63,940 nucleotides of DNA, filler included, from Bigelowiella natans CCMP2755 (GCA_000320545.1; 5 parts of 5 records of this genome joined end to end with filler, not necessarily neighbours in it); one strand, 5' to 3'; shown: positions 1-14,728, numbered from the whole stretch's first letter. Notes: generated from the sequence alone by a model not told the origin. Program-made: numbers and translations.

Positions 1-138
1 AAAGAGGCGTTCGTATTCGTGAACATATCACAGCGCAGCTACATGTAACTTACAAAATATTCTAAACACTGCGCCCACCAAATCTCTTTTCAGCAAGAAA
101 GCTACCTTTTTCGATTTTTTTTCCTACTCCTACTACTT

Positions 139-169
<31 letters not shown>

Positions 170-544
170 CATCTTATCAAATTGATAAATTGGAGATATG
201 ACAATGCTTAGCAGCAAGAACTGCGCCTGAACCTGCGACAAGGTATGGTCGACTTACAGGCCAAGATGCCGCTGCTGCACCGGTAAGTGATCATCCCTCT
301 TCGCACACACAATTACGCCTTCTTCTTTTTCTTCTTCTTCTACTACTACTAGTACAACTAGTACTACTACTGCTATACTGCTACTATTAGCTTTTTCTAT
401 TCCAAAGGGGCTCATCTTAAACACAACAACGACAACCTTGTAAGGCCTGACGTAGCTATCGTATAAGGGAAGCTCCTAATAAATAATATTGGTGATGATG
501 ATGATGACGATGATCATGAGGATGATGATGATGATAATTTGGTA

Positions 545-594
<50 letters not shown>

Positions 595-702
595 GTGTGG
601 GAAGGGATGAAAAACAACTTACAAATTGACACTTTGGGTCCCAACCATCTTTGTCGTACTGGACGATAACTTTCGGAATTTTATCCTATATTATATAAAT
701 AG

Positions 703-744
<42 letters not shown>

Positions 745-1483
745 TATGGTAGGTAGTACAGCACATTATGATGCATAATTGTTCTAAGAAGCATGTACGA
801 ATTATTTATTAGCATTGTGCCCTCCTATCTCGGAACAGCTTCCTCCAAGTCAGAAAGTATTACAACACACACACACAGAGAGAGAGAGAGAGAGGGGAGG
901 GGGGGGGGGGGGGGAGAGAAAATGAAAGAAAAATACTCGGTTTTTGGAGTCCGTAGGCCGCACTCTGAGTATTGTTCCTTTACTGAATAGCAGCAGCAGA
1001 TTCTTGTATTAGTGCTACCACAGCGACAACAACGTCGTGGTGGTGGTCGTGGTGGTCGTAGTGGTGGTGGTGGTGGTGATGGCGGTGGGGAGGGCAAAGA
1101 ATGAAGAACATCAGGAGGAGGAGGAGGAGGAGGAGGGGGAGGGGAAAAGGAAACGTCTTGTTTATTTGATTAAATGATCCCTCAATACTTAGATTCGAAG
1201 AGTTGCATGTGTGTGTGTGTGTGTGTTTTATGAGAGATATGTGATATATCTATGCATCATCAACTTTAAAGGATTAAATGTTTCTTCAAAGGCAACAATG
1301 CGGTCCCCTGCCTTAACGCCTTTTCGGTCGCCACTTACACCATCAGTAAGCAGTTCCCTGACCTCTTCTGTAACGATTATGACGATGGAAATAGTGGGGG
1401 GGGGGGGGGATGTGAGGAGAAGAAGATAATAGGACAAAGGGGAGGGGGACGGGAACCGAAACGGCTGATGGCGGCGATGTGAG

Positions 1484-1517
<34 letters not shown>

Positions 1518-2410
1518 ATTGTCCTGCTGAAAGCAGCAGCATCAACAGCATCAGCAGTCGCAGTCGCAGTCGCAGCAAGAGCAGCGCAGTCACCCATCCA
1601 TTGCATCCTTTCTTTCTGTCTCGAGGGATTGAACCACCTACTCCTACTCTTAAGAAGCACTCCAGTCCCTTTGCAGCAACATCATCCAACCGATGCGGCA
1701 AGGAGGAGGAGGAGGAGGAGGAGGAGGAGGAGGAGGAGAAAAACAAACAAATATTGCGCGTGATGAGGGGCAGAGGAAGGGAAGGGATGAGGAACAATGA
1801 GGGTATCGAAGCTTGCTTTTAATCGTCTCTCATGCTCTGTGTACATGAACACATTCTCATCGATCATCAACACAAACTCGGACCCTCTATGATCTTCATT
1901 CGATGTAGCGGCACTGCGTATAAGAAAGCTTGCTCGATGTCCACCTAATGAATGGATATGTGCGACAAGTGGCAATCTAGTAAGTAAAATGGCATCAAGA
2001 CTGAGCCGGTGATGCATTTAATGTCGCTTTAAGTTTCGCACTGCTTCTCGATGATAATAAATAGCCGTCCGTTGTTCATGTTGATAGCATTCCAATTCTA
2101 TTATTGTGTAGACACCAATCATGCACGATTACGCATCGTCCTCCCTCAACTCATTGATGATTATCTTCAATGCCACCATCATCATCATCACATCACCATC
2201 GCGGTCCCATTGAAGTATGCAGTAGGTAATAGTAGTAGTAGTAGTAATGTTAGTAGTGTACCAAATCGACCCAGCCAGTCGCTTGGCTGCCTTCTCTATT
2301 CACTACGTGTTGGGAACAAACACCAACACAGTTTACGATGTCATCGAAGAAGGACCACTAACAGCGACAATGGCGGACAGTTGGTGGGAGAAGAGGAGGC
2401 ATTGAACGTC

Positions 2411-2457
<47 letters not shown>

Positions 2458-2474
2458 TGTCTTCGCGTTTGTAA

Positions 2475-2519
<45 letters not shown>

Positions 2520-2619
2520 AACACAAGCAAAAACAGAGAGACAAACGCAAGAACGCAAATTAACTGAGAGATGATGTGTGTTTATTTAAATTTTCTTACA
2601 GAAGCCAGCGCTGTCGTAC

Positions 2620-2716
2620 GCTGGAAATAGCCCCGACTCCTCCCAGTAATTCACATGTGCTCTGATAAATCGATACCTCGGTTCCTATGTAGAAGGACCA
2701 ACACGCCAATTATCTT

Positions 2717-2761
<45 letters not shown>

Positions 2762-2772
2762 ATACTAATATT

Positions 2773-2811
<39 letters not shown>

Positions 2812-3483
2812 GTGTGAGGCGTCATCCTTACGTCCAAATATCGTATGGTAGAGACGTTGATCTTCAGCACCTGCCCCCTCATTACTAGTCCAACGGTTCT
2901 CTGAGGATAACCACCAACGGTGAAGAAGCAGCATAAGAAACAGAGAATGCCATCCATACTAGATACAACGGAAAATAGCATATTCATCCATACACGAGTA
3001 GAAACACATGCATTAGCGAGTAAAGAGATGCAGCGTGGCCAAGAACCTAACCCAAACACCCTCCACCCCAACGCATGTTTGCCAAGAAACACAGAGCCGA
3101 GGGGGGGAAGGGGCGGACAACTGCGACAACCCACCCTAATATGCGGATCTGCCTGATCGAAGATCTGAGGAGGAGGGAGGGGAAGAAGAACAGCCAACAG
3201 TGCGTAATAGATAGTATAATATAAATATGACGAGGAACTCCCCGAAACTTGGACTATTGACTGTTTGCACTACTTATTCTCGCTTGGGAGCGAGAGGAGG
3301 GTTAAAAAACCACGGGTGTACAATCAACGACAACACCTACCCATCGAGGATGCAGCATCATCACGCTCCGGCCCTTTATGTAGTGCTCCTTCACCCAGGT
3401 CTATATACAATGTCAAACAAGGGCTGCTGAGTAGGGAGAAGGGGGGTTTGGGAACTTAAGAATGATGTGATACTTTTCAGCGC

Positions 3484-3521
<38 letters not shown>

Positions 3522-4122
3522 GTTGCGCTCTCAGATTCCAATGACAGCCATCAGCACTGCACGACGATTTTGAACCAATTTGTATTCTTCCTCCTACACG
3601 TGTATGTGTGTGGAGAAGAAAGGACCTCGAAGCTTTCTTTCACCGTGGAAAAGCTGGTTTTGTCCTTATTCGTCAATATGTCAGGCAGCTTCTCGTGCAC
3701 CAACTTCCTCATTTTCTGCACACAGAAAAAAAGAGAGAGGGGGGGGGGAGGGGGGGAGACGAGAGAAGGAGCTCGATGAAGAAGGCGATGCTCATAATAT
3801 GACAGTGATGATGATCATGATGATGGTGATGATGGTGATAATAATAATGCTATCAGATAAGAAAAAGAAGAAAATGCGGAAGAAGTAGGAAAGGATGCTA
3901 TCAGATGATGCGAAATCTGTATTAATCTGTATTATCCCTGTGACGATAGTTATCAGCATCATCACGTCATGGTTCATCGTATTCCTCTAATGCTACTACC
4001 TTCCATTTTATGTACGGTGATTTGAGGGAGTCACTCCATATTATCTTCTCACTCTGACATAGTTGTGCAGCAGCAGAATGATAGTGTGTTGTATGCATAC
4101 TTTCCGTTTACGCGCGCGCGCG

Positions 4123-4157
<35 letters not shown>

Positions 4158-6269
4158 ACACTGCTGCTATTGATCTGTTTGCTGCTATTGCATCGTCTTG
4201 TGTGTACCACAGCTACATCGAACCATCTCAAAATCGTCCTTCTCCGATGATATTGTCATTATATTTATTATCATCATCATATGCCATACTCTTTCGTACG
4301 CAAAGGTGGCCTTCTTCTTCTTCTTCTACAAAAATGCATCATGCTTCTAGTAGCGGTCTGTCATCGCAGAAATATCATAGAATATCACTAATAGTATTTC
4401 TAAGGAATACCATATCGGCAAGGATTTCCTCCTTGTACCTATTCACTGCCGTTTTGTGTCGTTCATCTGCGACGAGGACAACAATGATATTACCATCAAT
4501 CAGCCACACGATGAGAATGATCAACAACAAAAGAGAAGCACACGTGTCATAGAAGGAGGCGGCGTGCATCTCTGGGCGGAGAAATGTACATTGTCGCGAA
4601 ATCTTCGCCTTCCCGTATCCGAAAGGCGAAGAACAAACTTTGAAAAAAACACGCTCTTTGTACTCTCACCACCCACCCTGAAATTCAGTGTCGATTTCAT
4701 TGTCGGACAGCCAGAGTTGCGAGTCGGTATCCTTGGACCATTCCTTTTTCAATGGGGCGAGTTAGGAAGTTAGTGTGAGAAACATATACTGCCACCCTCA
4801 AACGCCCGTTGTAATTATCGTCGGTTGTTGATTCTTGTTTCAGTGATTGTTTGCTGTTTCGTGTGTTCGTATTCTTTGGTTTGTCCCCCCTCGCCCTCCT
4901 CTTCAAATGGTGTTGTTTAGTTGGTTGGTTCTACTCGAATAACTCGAAATATGCCAGTAATTATAACGATTGCACAGCTACTACTGCTGCTGCTGCTACT
5001 ACTACTACTACTACTACTACCCACCCCTCTGGAAGATCCATCTCCGCTCCTCCATTCCTTGTCTGCATTCACATAATTCTCCATCGTCCACCCATCCCAG
5101 ATATCCTGCGGTGAGAAGAACCCACCCTGCTCGTCGTGGCCATCGCCGTCGTCGCCACCATCGTCGATTGCACGTGCATTGTTGGAAGGAATTGAAAAAC
5201 AGAAGGAAGAGGAAGAGAAGGAAAAGAGGATACAAAGGAGGAGATACGAAGAAGAAGAAAAAGAAGGAAAAACGGAGCAACTGTTATGGGAGTCTAATAT
5301 GCAAATGACCATAATGCGAATTGTAACACGTCGCGCCTTTTAAGACGATACAGACCCAGCGAATCAGTTTTGTTGATTTGATATGTAGCCATCTAAAACA
5401 ATCCTAACCTGTTTCTTTGACTTCGCATCATCTTTATTTTTTTCGTCTCCATCTTTGTTATCATCAGCTGAAAACGAAAAACATATATGTGCTAAGCAAA
5501 GGACAACGACAACTACAACAGGATTCTTATTTGGGAAATTTAAGTTTCAAATGCTGCAATATGACGACGATAATAATGATTGTGAGTAGGAATACTCACC
5601 AGCTCTGCACGACTTGCAGAAGTTGCACGTGATGTAATAGAGGAGTCCGATACAAAATCTGAAATAATACGTGTAGCAGAAGCTTAAGATGCGGATGGTT
5701 CAATAGCTAACATATAGTATGTAACGTATGCTAAGGACCGTAAGCATTTTATCATATATTAGGTAAGATTACAAGTGTTAATCGGAAATATTTTGGAAAT
5801 AATTGCTGCAATGGCTTTTCTACGTGGTGATTTGAATAACCTCTGGTACAGAGGCCTCCTCTTCTCCCCGTCAGTTTGTAAATTATTTTCGTCGAAGTCA
5901 AAGTCTACGTGTATAAAACATCGTCAAGAGTGTGAACGTTGTACATCTTAATGAACCAATAGTTTAGAAATATACCGTCCTCTTTGTTGTCTGAGTATTA
6001 TCCAAAATGCACGACGTCAGTTGAGTACTACAATTACTCTAAGGGCTTGACGTACTCTCTTATTAATACAATAATACTACGTACAAACAATGTGAGGTGC
6101 ATACCTTCAAAATCCTCTTCGTCGCTTTCCTCAAAGTTCTCCTGATGACCGCATACAAATCTGAGCTGCTGTTGCTGCTGATCTTTAACGATAGCATGAA
6201 AAGGTACTGAAGTCCTGCACACTCACACGAGCTACCTACCAAATCTATCCCGTCGGTATCGTCAGCCAT
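2620..6269 (-). CDS. Hypothetical multi-exon protein with acidic N-terminus; 3' end unresolved, may extend to ~640
   Basis: ATG at 6269, then phase-compatible GT-AG exons: MADDTDGIDL|ENFEESDEEDFE|DFDFDENNLQTDGEKRRPLYQ|RFCIGLLYYITCNFCKSCRA|ADDNKDGDEK..|DIWDGWTMENY..; later KMRKLVHEKLPDILT.., IFDQADPHIR|RTVGLVMRG..YLD|EPRYRFIRAHVNYWEESGLFP. Some middle junctions do not phase cleanly. No family recognised. Confidence 0.5.
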
Positions 6270-6867
6270 TGAATCCTCCTCCCCTCAACCTCGTGCTGTT
6301 TGCCCCTGTCAACTTCCCGATTCAAAATTTAAAATCTGAAATACACGAATTTATAACAAAAACATCTGTCGGAATGGCTAAACCCCCTACATTATGTATG
6401 ACTCAAAATTCTTGTCCCCTTAAAGAAAAATCTAATCAATTTGAGCCCTGCGACAATTCCCACAATCTGTCTTTAGGAAAAACGCAGGCATTCTTCCCTC
6501 CGCAAGAATTCCGTTGGACATGCTTCCCTCACCATGGTGCCCGAATATTTCGTACATTTAGAAGGAAACAAGATCGATTTATTTGGTACGACATCAAAAT
6601 GAAGAAAGAAGCCTATGAAAATGCAGCCTAGCCGATGCTTCAAAACTCTCGGGGCGGGAAAGAGCTCTCCCCCTCTAAGCTTTATGCACTACATACATCC
6701 ACACAGGCGCTTAGTTTTGTGCACCAAGTACAGCAGCACGTGCGCCGTGTGAATTTACCTCCGTACAAAGAGCATGACACCGTCGGTGCGAGCGTAGAAA
6801 TGCTTGTGCTGCCAGCCAAATAACTTCACGAAAAGCGTGGTTACCCGCACCACGATAAACGAAAAAG
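6270..6867. promoter_or_regulatory. Putative bidirectional promoter region
   Basis: About 600 bp, AT-rich and microsatellite-free, between divergent start codons at 6269(-) and 6868(+). Position-based inference. Confidence 0.4.
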
Positions 6868-8962
6868 ATGGGTCGAAGGGGGAATGATGACCCGGGTACC
6901 GATCCTCTATTGGCAATAGGCTGGGCTTTCGTGAGCTTTTTGATCATCACATACTCGGGTGCGTCCATAGTAACGCAACGCGCGATTCTCAAGCATCACC
7001 GCGATTTCATAGGAGTTCAGGTACAACGTTTACAATATGTTGCTGTTTTACATTTCCATACGTTGATGAGATACAATTTATTTTGTCATCATCAGATGTT
7101 GACGCATCCTCATCAAATATCAATTCTTCTGCTTTGCATCCTGCTGGCGCCCTTCCCTGGGCTACTTTACAACGGAGTTGGTCTGGAGTTACCCTGTTTC
7201 GCAATGGTGATATTTTCCCTTTTATGTGCGGCGGTCTCAGTATCAATCCTTGTCTATCAAGCGCTTCGATTCACGCAGCGTTTGGCACAAATTCAATCAA
7301 GGTAATACATATTTTCCAATGCCTAGAAATGAGAACATCGAGAAAAATCCTCTATCCCCCTCCCCCCCCTCTATCCAAAACTTGATACCAGAAAACAATT
7401 CGTGCTCAAGAGCCTTCCTGACTCGGATGCACAGGAGATGACAAGGAGCGAGCTAGATCGTGTCGTGCGTATAGCCCAGTTCCTCCGCGGCAGGCGTGTG
7501 CACAAGATTAGTGCGGCAGCTTTCCTTGTGGCGGTATTGGTCGTCTTCTTAGACCCAGAGGGCAGAGAGCAGATTCTATTCATGGAAAACGAGGAATGCT
7601 CGTTACGCAGTGCTTCGCTAGCTGTAGGGATATTGATCATCGTGATGATACCGTTCGGTTGCTATATCTCTAAATTAAAGCTATTAGACGATCCCTATCA
7701 CATCTTATGGCGCATTAAGGTTTGGTCTGTGTCGGGGCTCCTTGGCTTTATGTTAGTGGTCGCTATCCTCACTATATTCAGAGAGAAAAACATCTCAGCA
7801 TCCTACCAAGCCCTTTTAAACATGGCAGTGTACATGATCCTCGTTGCTTGGCCATTATGGCTGACACAGTCCTACACGCCACTGCACCGCACCAGAGCTC
7901 GTATAAAGGAGATTCAAAACAATGCCACTACAGCCCAGCAACGTCGCCGAGAAAACCTTCTCACAACGCTGACAGATCCTGTACTTTTGCGTAGATTTAA
8001 GGCGCACCTCTCGGATGAATGGTAAGTTTCATGTAAAATAGCGATTTGGTCATTTGATGATTAATTTGGTATCAGTTACTGACGATTAGATAACACCGAA
8101 ATCAACCTGCAGATTGTCTTAGAGGTCATCCTCATTCTTCATATCTGAATTGGAGAACCTCCACTTATCGTCAGGTGTGCTGAGTCACTCGAATTCTTCA
8201 TGGAGGTGCTAATGCTGCAAATGCTCATTGAGGATGAGTTATCCTCGGAATCTATGCTACAACTATTGCCGCTGGTTCACCTACCGCCGTCTGCGCGCCA
8301 TCAACATCATCAACGTAACAATGACAACGGATACAACAACATAGGTAGCAAGATCACCGTCCACGGCAGTAGCATCGATTACACAGCTGCCGTTGACAAT
8401 ACTTCTACAGGAGGAGGCATCTCCCCATTGTCAATCGAGAGTCATCTTCGTAATGTCAACCCCGACCAACATCGGAACCCTTCGACGTGTGCAACGACAA
8501 CAACAACAACAACAATAACAATGCCAACAACATCCTCCTCTCCATCCCCTCTTATATCACATGCTTGTGGCAGTATCAGTAACGTCAACAATGACAGCAC
8601 TAATACGAATCATAGCGGGAAAAGCACCTTCTATTGGAGGAGGCAGTTTGTGAAGTTTTTTGGTATGGCGGAGCTCATTTACAACAAATACGTCAATTTA
8701 AATGCGAGCGGTGATGACGACAACCATTCCAGTTTCAAAGTCAACGTCTCGTCAGATGTCCTCAGAGAGCTTGATAGGTAAGATCAGACTAGCAACATGA
8801 AAGATATCATCGCAGAGAAAGGGTAGAGACAGCATGATTATACAAACTCAAGATATGTTGTAGTAATCTCTCCTCCTCCTCCTATTTTTCCTCCTAAATT
8901 TCATCTGTGTCTTCTAATTACCCTCTCTTTCCTTCTCTTTCTATCTTTGCATATTTTTTGCA

Positions 8963-9001
<39 letters not shown>

Positions 9002-9857
9002 CCTTGGGTTTCTGCCTAATAATGTGATTAGCTTCTTCCTACTATCGACCTTGAAGAAGAAATACCTGGATATACAGCTGCAGAATCAGCACAGTGATGC
9101 CCGGCGAAAGCGACGAGGCCATCATCAAAGTCTCCTGCCTGACTTTTCGCCAGATAATAAGTCAAAAACGGTATCGTTTGTAGTGGTCAATCGTGGCGAA
9201 ACAGAATTGTAAAAAAGATGAATTCCAAGAGTTTTTCGACCACATACATACTATTCTTCCCACATCGCTGTCATCTTTCCCGTCTTTGTCGACAGCAATA
9301 ATACATCATTGCCATCGTAGTAATCGCTATTGCTTTGCCGTTGGCTGCTTTGCTCTACATGACAGCATGAGGCACTACACCAAACCTTGGGCGCGAGAAT
9401 AGGGAACGATCGCAACCATGCGTGGCACGGAAAGGTTAATGAAGATGATGGAGAAATTGACATGAGAGCTTCTCCACAACAACAGGCTGCTGCAGAGTTT
9501 GCAGCTGCTGCTTGGTCACCTTATCACTCCTACATGACGCCAATAGATGGCAAAAAAAAGGTGACGACTGCTACAGTAACAGTGACACCAACCATCACGA
9601 AAATTGGAGGGATTGATGGTGAGGACAGTGAGATTAAGCAACTAGACTACGGTGACATCGAAGGCAATAGCAAAGGCGGCGGCAGAGAGGAGGAAGGAAA
9701 AGGGAAAAAAGGAACCCATCGCGAGATACAAATTCATGAAAATGATAAGAAAAGGGATGAGAAAGAAGTGCGTAAGAACAGGGATAAGGATGATAAATAT
9801 GCGCTCTTCAGCTCCATGTGGGATGATCCTACCTCTTCTATTCCTTGGGGACGCTGG

Positions 9858-9899
<42 letters not shown>

Positions 9900-10100
9900 A
9901 GGAAACCACAGCAGCAGCTTATCAACGCCTCACCTAGGGCAAAAAGTGGTTCTATTATCACTTTACATGACGCACGGGGTTGGAGTGATTTTATTGAGAT
10001 GTTTTGCAACAAGATTTCATTGGCCTCCCTTGCCCCTGCTATTGCCACTCCCTCCAGCAATCGGCTGCTCAATCACGGCAAATCTTCGAATAAGAGACCG

Positions 10101-10131
<31 letters not shown>

Positions 10132-11068
10132 ATCAGCATCCACGGTATCTTCGGTTTATCTACAAAGAAGACGACGCTGCGATTGCTGCAATAAGAGGAG
10201 TTGCTTGTCAGGATGATGATCGAACGAATGGAGGCCCTACAGAAGGGCACGGAAGCAGAAGCACCACCACAGTCAATATCAGCGAATCACGCCGTCAACG
10301 TTCTTTGAGCAGGCGAAAACAAGAGGAGGAGGAAGAGGAAGAGGAAGAGGAGGAGGAGCGAAAGCAGACAAAAGGTGTGCTAGTGGTTTTAGATTGAAAT
10401 GGTAAAAGAATACGACGATGATAATTGGGAAAATAGTACCAAAATCGAAGATCAACGTCGGTCTTCTCCTCCTCCCCCCACCTCCTTTTCTACATGATTA
10501 ATATTATCAGGACTGCTCGTGATATTGGAATGCGCCCATTTTTTTTTCCTTGCGCGACTTTATTGCAATTGTTATTGGTCAGCGTATTAAATCAGTTGTT
10601 TACTCGTTATATTGTTTCTGGTCTGCATTTCTCGCCCTCTATTAAGGCACGGGTGGGAGGCGTACCGATGATATTACAAAGACAACGATAACAAGGACAA
10701 CAACACCCTTAACCGACACAGCTACTGGCACTCTTAACTATAATCCAGAGCAGCTGAAACGTCCGCATGCACGTTCGTCAGCATACTGCATGGATGAGAG
10801 GACGTCATTGATCAGGAGTATACGACAAGTTGGCCGGGTGTTTGAGAGAGCCAAGATGGAGGTCTTTCGGGTGATGCAGTACGACTCCCATGTAAGGTTT
10901 TTGATAAAATTGAGGAAGGGAGCTGCAGCAAGACAGAAGCAACAGCGTCATCGTTATAGCTGCAGTGGTTACCAGCCGGGCAATAATTCAGAAATAAAAG
11001 CAACTTATTCGTCGCCAATACACGTAACAGATCGAAGAGCTCTGGCGCACTTTTCGGCTATAATTTAG
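6868..11068 (+). CDS. 7TM-RGS protein (multi-pass membrane domain + regulator of G-protein signalling domain), ~1053 aa
   Basis: Exons 6868-7020, 7096-7301, 7392-8021, 8175-8777, 9032-9170, 9366-10374, 10647-11068 total 3162 nt in frame (the first, 75-nt intron is in frame and optional). About 7 hydrophobic segments precede RGS motifs LTDPVLLRRFKAHLSDEWCAESLEFFMEV, AELIYNKYV..FKVNVSSDVLRELD and VFERAKMEVFRVMQYDSHVRFL. Confidence 0.85.
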
Positions 11069-11072
11069 CGTT

Positions 11073-11108
<36 letters not shown>

Positions 11109-11694
11109 TCACACATATATGTGCATGTGGCATGATATCTGACCTCCTGACACTGTTGAATTACTTCGCAGTCTGTCACATTTGTCGCCTCGAGCATCGT
11201 AAATCGTCATTCACATTAGTATTCGTGAACAAATAACTATCAAAGCCACCTATGTGCATCGCACCCTCAATCTAGCAATATCCAAATACGTAAGTGTATG
11301 TGTGCAACTTGGACCCGGAGTCAGCGCGGTGTCAAACTACTTGAGCATTCAAATTGTCCCACCGTTAGAGATGTCTCATATGCATGCTAGCATGGAAGCA
11401 AAGGCCTGTGCGTGAGACTAGCTAGCTAGCTAGCTAGAGATGAATGCAGTTAATTCTATCCAAACACCTGCTTTGTCTAATAGTCTTGATGCAAATGCTA
11501 CATGCTAGCATGCACAAAAACGGCACTTGATGCGACACAGAGAGATCTACTCGGGCTTTGCATTCAGTCAGAATCTCGTGGAGCATAGACACACAAATCC
11601 TCCATCTTAAACAACCAGTAGAATGATGACGGCCATCAGCCATGCGGCTCACACCGACTTTTATCGACAAAAACAATCCAGAGATCGCCCGAGA

Positions 11695-12283
11695 CTATCC
11701 AACATCACCGGGATTCGCCGTTACTACCGGGTGATCTGCACAGTAGTTACCGGTACTAATTTTCGACTCGATCGGTCGGCACGTGGTGGAACGAACAATG
11801 GCCGCCGTCGCTGCAACGCTCCGTGTAGCATTCCGTAGAAACCTCTCCCGCTCGGCCCCTCGTAGTCGCAACACTTTGTCATTCATATAATAAAGATTCG
11901 AGATGAATTTTGTGAGACGGGCGCTTTCGCTTATCTGTGGAATATATACGACTCTCATCATCATCATCATCATCATCATGAGTGTCACAACCCGTAGGCT
12001 GCTGGCAGCAGGGCTTGCGGAAGTTCTCCTCCTCGACAGAGAGTGCGGATCTTCCCACAGAACTGGCTGTACTAACGACTATCATGAATGCAGAGAAGGT
12101 CTTTTCGTTTTCTTAGAAGTAATTGAAGAACCACGAATGAACGCAATTTTCTTAAAAAATCTAGGCTGCGACTGTGGATGAAGCCTTCCAGTATTTTGAC
12201 TCAGATGCACTAGTCATACGCCCCAGCGGGTTGTGTGTACAGTTATACATGCAGATTTCGCTATTACTTCTTCTTTTTCTTCT

Positions 12284-12325
<42 letters not shown>

Positions 12326-13130
12326 GTCTCTCTCTCTCGCTCCTCTCTTTCTAGCCAGTCATCAGGTAGTCGATAACCATCATTATTTTCCTTTTCCTCC
12401 TCCCTTCTGGAAAAGATCTCCGATTGAGGCCGAAAATCCCGACGACTGGACCTCAGCAATTTTAAAGCTTTGGTACAATTCACCAATGGTTTTGTGGCGT
12501 TGTATTGAAAGTAAATCTCGCCTTGTCCTAGAGCTGCCATTTGTGAAGCACTCTGGCCACACCTACCCCCAACATCAAATTTCATGTTCTCATCCATCAG
12601 GGGAATGACAGAGATGAGCAGTAGAGTGCACGGAGTAGATAGCGTCGTGGAGACAGCCGATGAGGTTCATTTGGAATTTGCTGTCGAATGTCGTATTTGT
12701 GTTTTGAGAAAGATCATTCAACAGCTGGAGCTCCTTCTCGTAGTGTAATGGTCGTGTGTGATGCTTCCTGAATAATAATAGGCGGCAACGGCATTCTATA
12801 CAGTGGAGCAAAACTTCGAACACAATGTTTTATTAATTTGACTAAGTATATCTGTGTTTATGCGTATTACACACACACACACATATGTTAATATGTGTGT
12901 GTGTGTTTGTATGTAGAGTGAGTGCATATTGTATGGGAGAAAGGGGGATTAGGGAGGGAGGGGAAGAGTGAGAAATAAAGAGAGTAATATTTGATCTGTT
13001 ATGACTGAAAAGATGGAATAATAAATGGAAAAAACATCCAGGGAAATACGGTCTCGACTACAATCAAGTTTCGCAGTGATTTGGTAGATCGTCCTCCGAT
13101 AAGCAGAGCACAATATTGACGTTTTCTATT
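11695..13130 (-). CDS. Possible hypothetical multi-exon gene
   Basis: Coding-like segments after AG acceptors (KHHTRPLHYEKELQLLNDL.., VWPECFTNG.., FKIAEVQSSGFSASIGDLF, ISESARLTKFISNLYYMNDKVLRLR.. stop 11695). I could not build a complete in-frame model. Confidence 0.3.
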
Positions 13131-13766
13131 CCTCTAACTTATACGCTTCATATGTATCCACTAAAAAATATAAATGGTCGCTACAATGACGAAATCTGTA
13201 AGAAAACCATACTTTCTTCTCACTTCCGTCGCAAAGTAACATGATCATCACGATTATCATCATACACATCATCAGATCAAAGATCCTTCGAGGGGATGGG
13301 TGATATCGAAGATCGAGCGTTCATCAAAGGGAGATTGAACTAGGCTATGATCGTACCCAATCTATTGGTTATGCACTCCGCTCATACTTGCCCATAATCG
13401 CAGTATCAGTACAGTGCTACCATACAGCATAATAGCTTGTTACCATGATGGTGCAGCATTTATCTGTCACAGACATTGAGTTGTACATACGTACACCAGC
13501 ATATCATATTTATGAAGATAGACATGCATATATATGAGACGGATGTAATGAAATGTTTAAATTGTTTCAATGGTCATCCTAATGTAGCTGTGCAATGCAG
13601 CGGCTACAGCGCTTAAATTGTATCTGTTTGTTTCCTTGGTCACATGGCGCATGCATGAAAATGCATCCTGTTTTGGTCTAGCATGGCGCGCTTTGCGCGC
13701 AGCTTCTCGACTAGTTTTCTCTGCGGTTGTGAGACGCGTGGTCTCGTCATTGCGATCCATGATCGC

Positions 13767-13806
<40 letters not shown>

Positions 13807-14160
13807 GCTGTGTCTATTATTATGGGCTATGTGAATGACTAATGGTCCCTGGCAATAACCCTTTATTTGCATGCACGCTTTACAACATGCTCAACACAAG
13901 GTTAAGAAGAAGTGGAGGATGAGCGCAACAACATCATTGCCAGCGCAAGCGCACTGTATTGCTTACCTTAGTGCTGTGCTGCATGCATTATTCATGTTAT
14001 TGGACGGCTCAACTTGCTAGCTTGCACTGGTTTATCAGATATATTGTTCACCGAGAAGCAAAGGTGCACAGTTAGACAGGAGCAGAGTATTTATTAACCA
14101 TAGAGCTTACATTTTGATGGCGAAGCGGATATTCAAAATAATTATTGCGCTCGTCGTCGC

Positions 14161-14427
14161 TTAAAGAGAGTACAGCTCGCTGTATTTTTCCCGAAGATAC
14201 TTCATGTAGATCGCTGAGTTCATATAAAATTTTAGATAGAGATCATCCCAAAATTTCGAATAAATTCTCGTTCATTGGGTATTTGAGGCGGGGGAGCGGG
14301 TCGAATGAGAGGACGGACGCAATAACGGCGCCGTTGGTCAAAAAATAAGAAAATGAGGTGGAATATCTATCTCTCCACGACAATAGACGAACGACGTAAA
14401 AAGGATAATGTTCCGCGTCTTATCGCG

Positions 14428-14476
<49 letters not shown>

Positions 14477-14677
14477 TCATATATGCATATCAGTTGTACT
14501 ACCTGTGTCGAGAGGCTTTCCTGTGACCACTGTCAGCAGCTCATCGGGTGATTCATCCAGACTACCGACGTGTGGATCTGCGAGGGGGGGGGGGGGGGGG
14601 GATGAGTGAAGTAGATAACTGGAGAGCACATTGCGAGTGCAACGAGCAGAGAATAAAGCAATCCATACATAAATATG

Positions 14678-14728
<51 letters not shown>

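Noticed and set aside
1-450. Possible last exons of a plus-strand gene (RGVRIREHITAQLH|QQELRLNLRQGMVDLQAKMPLLH)
   Set aside because: Too short and without recognisable homology to call.
456-2563. Many ORFs with poly-(SL), (HT), (CV), (YI), (ER) tracts here and throughout
   Set aside because: They are translations of di- and trinucleotide microsatellites that lack stops, mostly intronic.
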